Position numbers and translations under genes: made by a program
Shown here: piece after piece, positions 24,155 to 24,542 of the stretch
Position numbering within the stretch: position 1 is the stretch's first letter
Layout of the letters: each line of letters opens with the position of its first letter
NCBI GenBank assembly: GCA_036557565.1
Contig: DATBHJ010000238.1
Coordinates: 1-24,542 of the forward strand
Length of the DNA stretch: 24,542 nt
Source of the DNA: Gemmataceae bacterium
GTDB lineage: Bacteria; Planctomycetota; Planctomycetia; Gemmatales; Gemmataceae
Reading direction: 5' to 3'
Notes under the pieces: generated by a model
The model's database searches: none
Told to the model about the DNA's origin: nothing
Seen by the model: the letters and a program-made list of their open reading frames with translations, nothing else

Positions 24155-24542
24155 CGAGACCTCCGGTAAGACGGATCGGCACCCCGCGTTCGGCGAGGTA
24201 CGCCTTGGTCGCGGGAATGCCATATTCATTGTAATGGAAAATACTGGCAGCAAGGGCGGCGTCGGCGTGGCCCTCGGTAAGCACCTGGAGCAGATGTTCC
24301 GGCGAGCCGGCGCCGCCGCTGGCGACGACGGGGATGCGCACCGCGTCGGCCACGGCTCGCGTCATAGGTAAATCATATCCGGCCTTGGTTCCGTCGGCGT
24401 CCATCGAGGTCAGCACAATCTCGCCGGCGCCCAGCTCCTCGACGCGCCGCGCCCAGGCGACGGCCTCCAGCCCCGTCGGCACCCGGCCGCCGTTGATGTG
24501 GACTTCCCACCACTCTTCCTCCCTCTCCCCCAAGGGGAGAGT
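24135..24542 (-). CDS. hisF: Imidazole glycerol phosphate synthase cyclase subunit HisF; C-terminal part only, the 5' end is beyond the window
   Basis: [46 protein letters not shown]...[15 protein letters not shown]...[12 protein letters not shown] is the conserved HisF C-terminal half. The reading frame is open to the window edge. Confidence 0.85.
   Translation of the reverse strand, partial: TLPLGEREEEWWEVHINGGRVPTGLEAVAWARRVEELGAGEIVLTSMDADGTKAGYDLPMTRAVADAVRIPVVASGGAGSPEHLLQVLTEGHADAALAASIFHYNEYGIPATKAYLAERGVPIRLTGGLDGYCRR

Overview
High-GC bacterial chromosomal segment. The gene content (membrane Ser/Thr kinase, PQQ-like beta-propeller, HEAT lipoprotein, GxxExxY protein, and PilT/GspE-type ATPases without a full pilus operon) looks planctomycete-like; this is inference only. 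I support about 23 protein genes. Housekeeping genes are rpe-pgl, hemA translationally coupled to an upstream CcsA/HemX-like membrane gene, a partial hisF, a GH63-like glycosidase, a Gfo/Idh/MocA oxidoreductase and an alpha/beta hydrolase. Accessory genes are a VapBC-type PIN toxin-antitoxin pair, a DUF4261-like gene with a 74-aa companion, and a visibly lower-GC islet at about 10.8-12.1 kb. That islet holds a PD-(D/E)XK-like ORF and a tightly coupled small-protein + HNH endonuclease pair. The most unusual signal is non-genic: a family of long palindromic elements whose arms are built from 9-bp-phased CACGAAW heptamers. It occurs three times. Two copies are gene-less hairpins (1743-1896, 20224-20381). 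One has arms that bracket a single GxxExxY (PD-(D/E)XK) nuclease gene (arms 8808-8839 / 9243-9274). All three copies abut stop codons. A second family of GC-rich palindromes shares a CGGTTAGC/CGTTAGCC core and sits at gene junctions; one unrelated perfect 26-bp palindrome lies inside the 5' end of a CDS. Also notable are a sigma-54 activator with about 10 TM helices next to a candidate -24/-12 promoter with phased CGAAA repeats, and a GspE/PilB-type ATPase with an N-terminal multi-TM anchor. I saw no rRNA, tRNA, CRISPR array, transposase or integrase.
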